A stretch of DNA of 64,000 bases, taken from IMG/VR virus record IMGVR_UViG_3300005077_000003, positions 96,001 to 160,000 of that record. One strand, written 5' to 3'. Positions within the stretch are counted from its first letter, which is position 1, and each line of letters opens with the position of its first letter. Below the pieces are notes generated by a model. That model ran no database searches. It was given only the letters and a program-made list of their open reading frames with translations, and was not told the DNA's origin. The position numbers and the translations under genes were made by a program. This DNA comes from a virus. This document shows positions 29,952-40,600 of this stretch, one piece after another.

Positions 29952-31525
29952 TGGATATCTTTCAAGCTATAGAAGTATCTCCTCTTTCATCAGAAAGAGT
30001 AAGGTATCACTTATCAAAAATAAGCGAAGCACAATCTCAGTCAGGTGATATTGGAGAAGCTATAGCTGAAGCTATAACGGAGTTCAATAAATTCTTTTTG
30101 AATTATGGCAAACCATATTTTAAAGTAAATAAGTTTCATAAAAATATAGATACACCAAATTCAAAAAAATATAATGAAACTCTTGAAACATTAAAGGAAG
30201 ATATTGACAGACTATATAACATGGCAGAGGCTGCAGCAAACTCTACAGTCTCTGCCTATAACTATTCTTCTATCACATCAGAAGAAATAAAAAACCTTGC
30301 TGCTCAAGCATCTAGCAAAGTACTTGATCTTAAAATACTAAATGACTTTGTAAAAGGCACTACTATAGTAGCTGGCGACGACTTTATTGATACGTCTAAA
30401 ATAGATACGACTATACAACCAGAAACTACACAAGCCGAAGTTCTTGAGGGCGCAAGCTCTATTGGACTAAAAGCAGTAGGAGTAGAGCGAGTTAGCAGAC
30501 CAGACAACACATCTATCAGAATAACCCCTATTTCACCAGCATTTAGAATAGAACAATATTACACAACTAACCATTCTCTCTTTGGACATTCCATTGAAAG
30601 CCAAAATAGATACGTAAGCGCTGATAGAGTTAATACTGAACCAACCCCAGATAACATAGAGCGGTTTTACGAAGGCCATTTTTATGCACCAGTAGGCGAA
30701 ATAAGACCAGAAGGTGGAAGTTTAAACTTTAAATATATTGTTGATCCTGCTGATTTGCCACCAGAAATTGCCACAAGAGTAGTACAAAATAATACAACTG
30801 TAAGCGACGATGGCGTGGCAGAAGCTCAAGAATATAAGCATGCTGGGTATTATTCAGTAGTAGCAGCCTCTGAAGAAGACAAGCAGGCAATTAGGCTTAG
30901 AATGATTGATGGGAAGCCAGAAACCTTCTGGGAATGTGAATACGTTTGTGCTACGCCATCTCTTATAGATACAGTAAATATTGAAGATGGTATCGTAGAT
31001 GGATCAAGCGATACCGTTGCAAATGTTTCAGAAGAAGTAACTAGCGTTTCTGTAAATGTTAGCGCAGCAGAGGCATTAGCAAAAGCATATGACTTTGCAG
31101 GCAGAGATTTAATAATTCATATAGATTATGAATTTGATCAAGAAGTGCCAATGAACTTCGTTGTAATCAATCCTGTACAATTTCATACTTCAGCATTTGC
31201 TGAAGTTATAGATGTCGCCACGTCATCTAATGATAAAGAATTTGAAACAGTCGATGGATTTGATGAACAAATGTTTGATAAGATTCTTACTCCAGAAGCA
31301 AATAAGATAGTCAATAATGAAATTGTTGAAAAGACATTCGCGCCATCTAATTTTGCATATCAAGGACTTGGAGTATTTTCATTCCCTATGAGGATAGGGA
31401 ATAAACTTAGAGTAACCATAGCTATGAAAGACCCAGTATTAGTTCCATATGAAAGAATTCATATATTATTGCAAGAAACATTCTTGTTGACTAATACTAC
31501 AACGGTAAAGAAATCTCTATTCTAA
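29951..31525 (+). CDS. Virion structural protein, paralogue family member 2, N-terminal part (524 aa)
   Basis: Same helical N-terminus and KPETFWE...LRVTI pattern as the paralogues, but it stops before the final Y..G.KEI strand. Confidence 0.7.
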   Translation: MDIFQAIEVSPLSSERVRYHLSKISEAQSQSGDIGEAIAEAITEFNKFFLNYGKPYFKVNKFHKNIDTPNSKKYNETLETLKEDIDRLYNMAEAAANSTVSAYNYSSITSEEIKNLAAQASSKVLDLKILNDFVKGTTIVAGDDFIDTSKIDTTIQPETTQAEVLEGASSIGLKAVGVERVSRPDNTSIRITPISPAFRIEQYYTTNHSLFGHSIESQNRYVSADRVNTEPTPDNIERFYEGHFYAPVGEIRPEGGSLNFKYIVDPADLPPEIATRVVQNNTTVSDDGVAEAQEYKHAGYYSVVAASEEDKQAIRLRMIDGKPETFWECEYVCATPSLIDTVNIEDGIVDGSSDTVANVSEEVTSVSVNVSAAEALAKAYDFAGRDLIIHIDYEFDQEVPMNFVVINPVQFHTSAFAEVIDVATSSNDKEFETVDGFDEQMFDKILTPEANKIVNNEIVEKTFAPSNFAYQGLGVFSFPMRIGNKLRVTIAMKDPVLVPYERIHILLQETFLLTNTTTVKKSLF

Positions 31526-31587
31526 TGGAAGATCTAAATAAATTATCATCTGCTTTAGCGGACTATATCATATATAGTATAAAATAA
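31525..31587 (+). CDS. 20-aa bridging mini-ORF MEDLNKLSSALADYIIYSIK
   Basis: ATG 31525-27 overlaps the upstream TAA; its TAA 31585-87 overlaps the downstream ATG (TAATG at both ends). Confidence 0.5.
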   Translation: MEDLNKLSSALADYIIYSIK

Positions 31588-32387
31588 TGGGCTGGTTTTC
31601 AAAATCATCTACTACAATTACAAAGACTACTACTGTAGCTAGTACTGTAGTAAAGTTATCATATTTGCAAACGCTTGCTACTTCCCAAAATTTAATAAAT
31701 GCGTCTGATCTAGAAACAGAAGCATTTGATGAAGACATAAAAAATGCACAACAAAAAGATTCCTTAATAAAAGCCCACGGCATAATTGGCGGGTTAATAG
31801 GTGCTGGATTCGGCGCTATTGGAGCTATATTAGGATTCTTTGGATTTGGACATACTAAAGTATCAACTAATGAAAACCTGAAATCTTCTGGAGCTAAAGT
31901 AAAAGATACTTGGAACCAGCCATATTTCGACAAAATATCCTACAAGTTGGGTATTAAAGAAATGGCTGTATCAAGGTATACATTTGCAGATACATCAGAA
32001 TTTACATCTGTAGCATATGGATCTCCAAAAGAGATTATAAAAATTTCATTAGTTGTTGACGAATATATACCTGCTCAATTTGATTCATCACAAGTATGGT
32101 TGAAATACTATATAAAAATAGAGGGAGAAAATAATTGGGTAAGAATTAATCCGCTAAATAAGCCCACTATTTTTGATAGCGAAGGTCTTATAGTTCCAAG
32201 AATACTCAATTATAATATACCAAAGCCGACTTCAGCACAAATAGAGGACAAATACCAATATACTTCAGATCCAGTAAAACAAGTTAGAATTAGAGTTGTA
32301 TTATCTAGGCCGTCAGGCAGCGGGAATGAAGCATCAATAACTCCTCTATTAAAATCATATAGAATAGCAATGCACCCAAGAGAATGA
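31587..32387 (+). CDS. Paralogue family member 2, C-terminal part, with a glycine-zipper hydrophobic segment (266 aa)
   Basis: GIIGGLIGAGFGAIGAILGFFGFG; ISYKLGIKEM and ITPLLKSYRI match the C-terminal halves of the paralogues. Confidence 0.7.
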   Translation: MGWFSKSSTTITKTTTVASTVVKLSYLQTLATSQNLINASDLETEAFDEDIKNAQQKDSLIKAHGIIGGLIGAGFGAIGAILGFFGFGHTKVSTNENLKSSGAKVKDTWNQPYFDKISYKLGIKEMAVSRYTFADTSEFTSVAYGSPKEIIKISLVVDEYIPAQFDSSQVWLKYYIKIEGENNWVRINPLNKPTIFDSEGLIVPRILNYNIPKPTSAQIEDKYQYTSDPVKQVRIRVVLSRPSGSGNEASITPLLKSYRIAMHPRE

Positions 32388-35332
32388 TAGGCATATCAAG
32401 ATACAAAAAATTATATGACAAGTATTTTACCCGACTTTTAAAGAGAGGTAAAATACCGACATATGAAGAAGTCACAAATGAAGCAGGAGATAAACTAAAT
32501 ATAGTTAATTCTCCTGATGAGCCTGTATATAAATATAGGCCACAGGTAAGAAAATCAGTATTTGATGTTGATTACTATAATGAAGCAATAGATGATATAT
32601 CATTTGATCTCGATGTTTTATTTGAGGACCTAGAAGAGTCAACAAAAAATAACATGCAAAGAATATTGCATGCTAATATGTTTCATACAGTACATAATGC
32701 TGAATTAACTCGACTATCTAATACTCTTGATGCGCTATTGTTTTCTACAGATGGTGGTGATGAAAACTTTTTTGTGCAGTTTGAAGACTTCTCAAGCTTT
32801 AATAAAACTGATACAGAATACAGTACAAATGGAATAGTAAACACATCAGAGAAGGTTATAGCACTACCAGTTGGACTCCATGGTTCTTTAAAAATAGATA
32901 TGTCTCATTTGCAGAATACACAAACTGCAAGTGATTGGCAGGTATCTCGCTCTGATATAAGAAGCGAAGAACAGCACGCTAATACAAAAATAGGAGATAT
33001 AGTAAAAGATACAGCATTCCCTTGGGGCTATACAATAGTTACAGAAAATGATGGCCCATTAGAAGTATCATTTACATTACGGCTAAAGCACGAAGAATTT
33101 ATTAACAGGATATCTGTAGTACATTTTGGATATAAGCCAACAACTATAACTATAAAAACTAGTGTAGATAAAAAGAATATTAAAGATATTCAAGACTATG
33201 CTGGTGGTGTTGTACTACAAACACAAGCAAAAACATACGGATTTGATTTTGACGATAGGCTTGTAGATTATTTGCATATCACTTTAAGAAAAGAACAAGC
33301 TGATACTACTAACGAAGAAGAAGATGGCAGCAAATCATACTCATATGATTTTGGTATTAGAAACATTTCTGTTTATTCCACCGGAAGATTAGAGACAGCA
33401 ATATATCAATCAAAAGCCTTTGACTTTTCTGAAGATTTAGCAGCGATAGGCCGCATTGCATTAAACACTACAGAAATTATACCAGAAAATACATCAGTTG
33501 ATTGGTATATTGTACCTATATCTAGTGATGGAACTCAAGGTAGTTCTATAGCTATTACTCCACAAAATCATAGTACAAGCGCGGGTCCCCCAAAAACTAT
33601 AGTATTGCAAGATGTATTAGCCAACAGTAAATCATTTACTACATCATATAGTAATATAGCCAACATAGAAAACTATAATAACATAAGCTATTGGAGGATA
33701 CAACTTTTAAATACTAAGCCAGTATTCGGTACTGCTAAATTATATAGAGGTTTTAAGTCTTGGTATAGGGATAGTAGCGCCGCAGTAAATCCTGTTTTGG
33801 TTAAAGATAATTATATTACTTTCTCAAAAGGCGATACTCAATCTTTATATAATACTATTAGTGAATCACATGATTATGTTATATCAGACTTAAATGGTGA
33901 TAATGTTGTAACTGTTGTCCTAAATAATAGGCCGCTATATAACCCTGCAAAAGGCCATTTTCTTATTCCAGAACCTGGAATAAATACAGATAAAGATACC
34001 CAACCTAATTACGCAATATATAGTGTTTCTTTAAATACAAGCACCGATTCTGTTACAACTTCATCTTTTACATTTGATGGCGGAACTGCCAATGATGGTA
34101 GCCCCAACGTAAAAGATACTGGTATACGTATAATAAAATATGCCAATCCAGGTGATGTAGTACTAAAGAAATATGATGGATCGTATACATATATAGATGG
34201 CACACATTATATAGTACAATTAAATGATGATGGTTACCCAACTGGGAAGATAGTTGGGTTACATACTGATTTAACTCAAGAAGGAGAGAGCGGTTGGCAG
34301 TCTGTAAAGCTAACTTATAATAGAGACACAAACCTTACCAGGTTTGTTACAGAAATATCTGGACAGCAAATTTACTTTAATTTAGAAGATGGAGAACTTC
34401 CAAGTGATGCATCATTAATTATTAAATATAGATATGCTGCACAAGATATTCTTAAAGCTTCTGTAAAAGCAAAGTCTATGTATGGGATATTACTATCTGA
34501 TCTATATATACAAGGAGTAGACTATATATTTGACTCATCTACAGGCACAATACAAAGACTAACAACTGGATCAATAAATCCTGGTGCAGATATATATGTT
34601 GACTATAAGTATAATGATTTATCTGATCAATTGGAACAGTTCTTTATTTGGGCACATGTAGAAGATAAAAATGGTAAAACAATAAGTACTGCAACTAAAG
34701 ATACTGGATTCCTTTCAAAAGAAAGTACTCTTGTACCAAATACAGAACTTGGCGAGCAACTCCTTGCAAATATCCCAGCGGTTGGTCTTATAGATTTATC
34801 AAAAACTACTGAGTGGCCAACTATACAGGGGTGGGTGCAATTTGTTGTAAAGTCTATTACACCTACAGTTGAAAATAATGCATTGATAAATCAGGTAATT
34901 AAACTAAAAGATAATTCTGGACAATTCATATTTGTACAGAGTGGTAAATATTTTGATACTCTTACCGCTATAAGAGATCCATTAATACAAGTCGCCTATC
35001 CTTTTTTAAAGAATGGCGTACTTAAAAATGATCATACAAAATTCTCTATTAGAGAAGTATTAGGTGGAGATATAACATACGAAGTAATAACAAATTTCCA
35101 ACCTAATACAGACGATATGCTATACAGATATACTCCTAATAGTGTTCCCGGGACAGGAGAAGACGAAATAATAGAAACAGATGAAGAATGGCAAATAAAT
35201 TGGTCTAGTACAGAAGTCAATAATGATTCTATTTCTAGGCTTGCAGTAAAAGCTGTTCTAAATAGAAATAAAAATGTCGATGGCAATATAACTCCAAAAG
35301 TAGATAAGTATTTTTTAAAGGTAGGGTTTTAA
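32384..35332 (+). CDS. Virion structural protein, paralogue family member 3 (982 aa)
   Basis: YSYDFGIRNI...YQSKAF and C-terminal ITPKVDKYFL. Confidence 0.65.
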   Translation: MIGISRYKKLYDKYFTRLLKRGKIPTYEEVTNEAGDKLNIVNSPDEPVYKYRPQVRKSVFDVDYYNEAIDDISFDLDVLFEDLEESTKNNMQRILHANMFHTVHNAELTRLSNTLDALLFSTDGGDENFFVQFEDFSSFNKTDTEYSTNGIVNTSEKVIALPVGLHGSLKIDMSHLQNTQTASDWQVSRSDIRSEEQHANTKIGDIVKDTAFPWGYTIVTENDGPLEVSFTLRLKHEEFINRISVVHFGYKPTTITIKTSVDKKNIKDIQDYAGGVVLQTQAKTYGFDFDDRLVDYLHITLRKEQADTTNEEEDGSKSYSYDFGIRNISVYSTGRLETAIYQSKAFDFSEDLAAIGRIALNTTEIIPENTSVDWYIVPISSDGTQGSSIAITPQNHSTSAGPPKTIVLQDVLANSKSFTTSYSNIANIENYNNISYWRIQLLNTKPVFGTAKLYRGFKSWYRDSSAAVNPVLVKDNYITFSKGDTQSLYNTISESHDYVISDLNGDNVVTVVLNNRPLYNPAKGHFLIPEPGINTDKDTQPNYAIYSVSLNTSTDSVTTSSFTFDGGTANDGSPNVKDTGIRIIKYANPGDVVLKKYDGSYTYIDGTHYIVQLNDDGYPTGKIVGLHTDLTQEGESGWQSVKLTYNRDTNLTRFVTEISGQQIYFNLEDGELPSDASLIIKYRYAAQDILKASVKAKSMYGILLSDLYIQGVDYIFDSSTGTIQRLTTGSINPGADIYVDYKYNDLSDQLEQFFIWAHVEDKNGKTISTATKDTGFLSKESTLVPNTELGEQLLANIPAVGLIDLSKTTEWPTIQGWVQFVVKSITPTVENNALINQVIKLKDNSGQFIFVQSGKYFDTLTAIRDPLIQVAYPFLKNGVLKNDHTKFSIREVLGGDITYEVITNFQPNTDDMLYRYTPNSVPGTGEDEIIETDEEWQINWSSTEVNNDSISRLAVKAVLNRNKNVDGNITPKVDKYFLKVGF

Positions 35333-36054
35333 TGTTAAATAAGAAAATAATAATCTGGCTAACTACTATGTTGGTATCTATATTTTTAATTGGATGCATA
35401 AGCACTGATCCAAATGAAGACATAGTAATTACACGACCAGAAAACGTTTTACCAGAAGTAATGTCTGGTGATTATACAAATATTCCTCTGGAAGAGCGCC
35501 CAGTACAGGTGGTAAAGCCTGATGAAATCAGTGGCCAACTTGGTAATACTGTAAGAAAAGTAATGCCTGACGCAACTGTTTTGGTATTTACGCAACGTAA
35601 ATTCCTGAAAGAGGAATTCAGATCTACTACAGACCTAAGTCAAGCAATTTTCCTTGTAGTAGGACATATGGATCCTGAAACAGGCGAAGTAACTCCTGAT
35701 ACACAAGGTATTATAAGTACTCTTACTGGTGTCGTAGGGGCATTCGCCCCTGAATTTGCCCCATTAGTTGGCTTAATTGGGCTGCTTCCCTGGTTTGCTC
35801 GTAAGCGCTCCAGGCAGCATCTGGCTACAGCTGTAAAAGCAGCAGTACCATATGATGGCACTATAAATATAGCCGCATCAGCTTCAGCAATAGCTAAAGC
35901 ATTTGGCTGGAGCCATAGCACAGAAAATCCAGAAGAATTAGAGGCTATTGCTAAGCGTAAGCGCGTAGCAGAAGCAGCTAAAAATGGAGGCCTTGACACA
36001 TTGGCGAAATCTATTGAGCCAAAGCCTCAATCTGATGTAATACAACCATCATAG
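35332..36054 (+). CDS. Lipoprotein with an internal hydrophobic/transmembrane segment (240 aa)
   Basis: Basic N-terminus, hydrophobic core and LIG-C lipobox (Cys22); later GIISTLTGVVGAFAPEFAPLVGLIGLLPWF followed by ARKRSR. Confidence 0.65.
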   Translation: MLNKKIIIWLTTMLVSIFLIGCISTDPNEDIVITRPENVLPEVMSGDYTNIPLEERPVQVVKPDEISGQLGNTVRKVMPDATVLVFTQRKFLKEEFRSTTDLSQAIFLVVGHMDPETGEVTPDTQGIISTLTGVVGAFAPEFAPLVGLIGLLPWFARKRSRQHLATAVKAAVPYDGTINIAASASAIAKAFGWSHSTENPEELEAIAKRKRVAEAAKNGGLDTLAKSIEPKPQSDVIQPS

Positions 36055-36065
36055 TGTAATAAAAA

Positions 36066-37397
36066 ATGGAAACTAAAATAGTACAACCACAAGTAACTAG
36101 AGACCCCCTAAGATTTAGGGGTCATAACTCTTCTGAAGAAGCCAACCGGTTTCAAGACGCAGTAGTATATGATGTACATAATCTATCTACTGCAGTAAAT
36201 ACTCTTAACTCTAAAATAATATCTCTATCTGGTGAACGTGATTCAGAAGTATCTTTCTTAAAGAGGCGCCTAGCTGACCTGGAAGAAAGGTTTGCATATA
36301 GGGAACACACATTCGGCAAAGCAGGTATTAAGATAGATAAGTATATTGATTTCCATAATACAAAAGGTTTCTATATTTCACCCAGTCTTTCTGCTCTTAA
36401 AACCGCCTCGTTTAAGAGTCAGTTTGGTGAAGTATATTTACCTGCTACTGCAATAGAAAATAAATTTTATAATTTATCTCTTAGGACTACTGAAATAGTA
36501 TTGCCGCCAGACCTCCTGGTAGACACCACAAGCCAATTTGACAAAGGTGAGGGCGATGGTATTCAGGACTACGAAAACGGCGGCATAGCCTCAGAGACAA
36601 GCCCTCTGAATGCCTTTAATGGGATTAATGAGAAAGCCTGGATCAGACATGTAACTTTCCCATTAGAATCAGACGTAGATCAGGTAGAAGTGCAATTAGA
36701 TGCAGTAGTCCCCGCTGGTGCATCAGAGCATGCTAATTTAATTGAGATAGTTCCCTTCCCAGAAGGCTCCTGCGACATTACTTTGTTAGCCACCTCTCCT
36801 TCAATTGGCTCCTCATTTGTATCAGTTGACAACTTTGAAGAAACTAATAATGCTACTGCTACTAGATATCATTTTACTCCAAGGTCTGTAGACCAAATAA
36901 GAGTTAGAATGAGATGTAGAAACTGGCGAGAACTAAATGGCAAAAAGGTATTTATATATGGCCTACAAGAGCTAGGTGCAAAACATATTAATTATGTAAA
37001 AGAGTACTCTACTGATGATAACTTTGGAGATAACGTTACTCATATAGTTAAAATAGATGCTCCTAGAGATCATATATTTACAAAGCTATTTAGGATAGAT
37101 CCATATCCAAATTTCTTTAATGAAGACCTACAGTATAGACATATTAGACTAAGATTGTCTACTACTCCAGATTATAATAATGTTTTCTGGGATTCAGCTA
37201 CAAATATAGCTCCTCAACTAGGAGTTGTTGCTGGCATAACTATGGGTGGCAGCTCAACAATATATGCAATATATACGCTGAAATATGTTGATAGTATTTC
37301 TACTGGTGCTATTCAAGTATTTTCGACAGGCACTACATCTTATCAAAAAGGTTTGGGATTAGTATTTAGTGCTACTCCAACAAATGCTAATAGGTAA
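36066..37397 (+). CDS. Virion structural protein, paralogue family member 4 (443 aa)
   Basis: Coiled-coil N-terminus and IRVRMR...FIYGLQEL beta-sandwich strands. Confidence 0.6.
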   Translation: METKIVQPQVTRDPLRFRGHNSSEEANRFQDAVVYDVHNLSTAVNTLNSKIISLSGERDSEVSFLKRRLADLEERFAYREHTFGKAGIKIDKYIDFHNTKGFYISPSLSALKTASFKSQFGEVYLPATAIENKFYNLSLRTTEIVLPPDLLVDTTSQFDKGEGDGIQDYENGGIASETSPLNAFNGINEKAWIRHVTFPLESDVDQVEVQLDAVVPAGASEHANLIEIVPFPEGSCDITLLATSPSIGSSFVSVDNFEETNNATATRYHFTPRSVDQIRVRMRCRNWRELNGKKVFIYGLQELGAKHINYVKEYSTDDNFGDNVTHIVKIDAPRDHIFTKLFRIDPYPNFFNEDLQYRHIRLRLSTTPDYNNVFWDSATNIAPQLGVVAGITMGGSSTIYAIYTLKYVDSISTGAIQVFSTGTTSYQKGLGLVFSATPTNANR

Positions 37398-37402
37398 CTA
37401 AA

Positions 37403-37684
37403 ATGACTGACTTATCAGGAAGAGTTGATGCATTAGAGTCTGGACTAACTTCTTTAGAAGGTCAAATACTTGCATTACCAACGAATAGTGATATATCAAA
37501 TTTTACACAGCTAATATCTGGTAAATTAAATACAATAGAAACTAGTTTAAATAATCATGGCGATGTTATTACACAATTAATACAAAGCTTTGCTAATTTA
37601 AAAAATACAATTCTTGGTATTGATACTGCTTTTGCTGCACATACCGGCACTACTACCGGCGAAGGCGTACACGGACATCAATGA
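37403..37684 (+). CDS. Small coiled-coil fibre/spike-like protein with C-terminal HxH (93 aa)
   Basis: Heptads ([19 protein letters not shown]...) ending AHTG...VHGHQ. Confidence 0.55.
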   Translation: MTDLSGRVDALESGLTSLEGQILALPTNSDISNFTQLISGKLNTIETSLNNHGDVITQLIQSFANLKNTILGIDTAFAAHTGTTTGEGVHGHQ

Positions 37685-40600
37685 GAATAAATGCGCAAAC
37701 ATTTAAGATACATTCTGGTGGATCAGGTGTAAAGGAAGTAGAAAAGTTTATAGCTAATCGAATTGGCAGAGATCTTAGTTTAATACATAGCATCTCTGCT
37801 ATTTCTATAAATGCGACTACTACAGAATTAACTTTAAATTATTACGACTCACCAGAAATATCAGTACAAACAACAAACCCCCCTAATGGGTTTGTTGCTA
37901 GTACAGGTACGCCATTAGATGTAATATTTGCACAATATTCTTCGCCACTTAATGAAAACTCTATTAGTGGTGGCATTACATTAAATGGGTCAGAAACTAC
38001 TGGTTGGTATATAGAAGAAAATACTAATAATTATATATTAGCCATACAGATTAATACTGGATCACAAGACGAAGTTGCAGTAATAGTTGTATTAGATGAT
38101 TCCATAGAAGATTATAGGGGCAACCAACAAAACGGTAGTACAGTGCTAGGGTATACCACTAGCACTAGAGCAATAGTCACTGAAGGCTATGAGGATGTAT
38201 ATTCTGCTAAAGATATAAGGGGAACCGTAAAACTTAAATATGCTAGGATAGATGCGTCCGCTTCTCCTACCAGAAAAATAAAAGAAATATTAAATAAATC
38301 AGATGAACTACTAGCATATGCTTCAGTATCAAAAAATATTACTACTACCGAGCTGTTTATGCTAATAGTAGATGAAGCGGAGCCAGTAGTTAAAAGTATG
38401 TTCCCTCGTCAAGGAGCCAACAACCCTACCGACGTTTCTTTTGGCTCGCTTGTTTTGTCGTTTGCGAATCCTATTGATATAGTACAAGCTACTACCGTAT
38501 TAGGAACATTTGGTGTATATCAATCATATGGAGTTACACAAGATGTTCCACTAAATAGAATTAGCGCAATTGATGAGAGAACTATTAAGTTTGATACATC
38601 TGGTATATGGTCTGATTTATCTTTAACTACAGCATATGTAAATATATTTGTAAGACCAGGCCTTAGAAGTGCTAAGGGATTAGAGTCTACAAAAGGGTAT
38701 GTATTTGGTCACGAGATAAGTGAAATAGCTTTCGGAGGCGTTGGTGCACAAGGTCCTCCAGGTCCTCCAGGACCTACAGGAGCACAAGGAGAATCAGGAG
38801 CACCAGGAGAACAAGGACCCACTGGTGAGCCAGGTCCTACTGGTGCTACAGGTGACCCGGGTCCTCAAGGGGATCCTGGTCCTCCAGGAGAAGACGGTGA
38901 AGATGGAGCTCCAGGCCAAGGATTTATATGGTCTGGAGAATGGACCTCGACAAATACGTATCAACCATATGATGTAGTATATTATTCTGGTAATGGTGAC
39001 ACATATGTTTGCGTTCAGACTGACCTAGGACATCCTCCAGAAACAACCAGTAGTTGGGAGTTAATGGTTAGAGCCTATGATGGCACTGGTACTGGAGGTG
39101 GAGGTGGACCTATAGCTCACTCTGATCTAATAGATATGCCCTCTTCCCTTAATGATGATCATGATGGGAGATATAGCTTAACAGGCCACAACCATGACGG
39201 TATCTATGTCACTACCGGTGCTTTCTATACACTATCAGGTGAAGTAACCAATATATCAAATGATTTAACTACACTAGAATCAGCATTTGATACTCACTCT
39301 GGAGATGATACTATCCACTTTACTATGGGCGAAATATTAATTTCCCATAGTGATCTTACTGATTTAGATGCTGACGACCACACACATTACTATAATCAAA
39401 CCAGAGGAGATGCTCGCTATGCCTTATCCGGTCATAATCACGACAGCTCTTACCCTACTATAGGTAGCTTTAGCTATCTATCGGGACAAGTTGGGACACT
39501 TTCCACTGATTTAGAAATACTATCAGGTGACTTAGATACACATACATCGGACTCCACAATTCACTATACTGTAGACAGTATAGTGCATAGTGATTTAGCA
39601 GAATTAGATGGCGATGACCATACACAATATTATAACCAAACCAGGGGAGACGCGCGCTATGCTTTGTCGGGGCATAACCATGATAGTTCCTACCCAACAA
39701 TAGGCGCATTTACTTCTTTATCAGGTACAGTAGCCACTTTAGTAACCGACTTAGCTACTACTTCCGGCGACCTTTCCGCCCACACTTCTGATAATACCAT
39801 TCACTTTACTGAAGACTCTATTTCTCATAGTGCTATAGATGACTTAACCTCTGATGACCACCTTCAGTACTTTACCACAGGTAGAGCAGACACAAGATAT
39901 TCACAAACCGGCCATACTCATACACAGTTTGATGATATTAGACCAGATGCTTTTGCATTATCTGGCGGCAACTGGTCGGCAGTTCCAACCTATGTACTAG
40001 GCGATGTAGTATTTCATAGTGGAATATCTTATGTAGCTAGACAGTCCAGCACTGCCAAAACTCCCGCGCCTATTTCAGCATATTGGTACCAATTAGGTAC
40101 ATTAACAACATATACTGGATTTAGCGGCGCCAGTACGTCAATAGATATTACTGCCGTACACTATCAAGGCCCATGGAGTGATGTAGAATATTACTATGAA
40201 AATGATCTAGTAACATATAGCGGATTAGCCTATATAAATATACAAGAGATTATATCTAATCCACCAACTGATACAGATTATTGGGCTAATATAGGCGTAC
40301 TTACTGGATACCTAGATGACTATCTTACTGGTGGAGCAGGTACATACGTAGCCCTTTCCGGCGCATTTTCTGGAGCTTCTATAGACAACATAGCCACGTT
40401 TGCTACTGCTGATGGTCTACAAATAAAAGATTCTGGTGTAGACATAACTAAGGTGGCCCGCTTACAAGAGCATAATACATATACTGCCCCCAATACATTC
40501 CAGGGAGATGCTGGCTTTGAATCTGATGCTTATTTTAATGAGCAAGCAGTCTTTAGTAAAGGCATAAAAACTCCTAGTGTTTTATTAATCCCTAGCGGCC

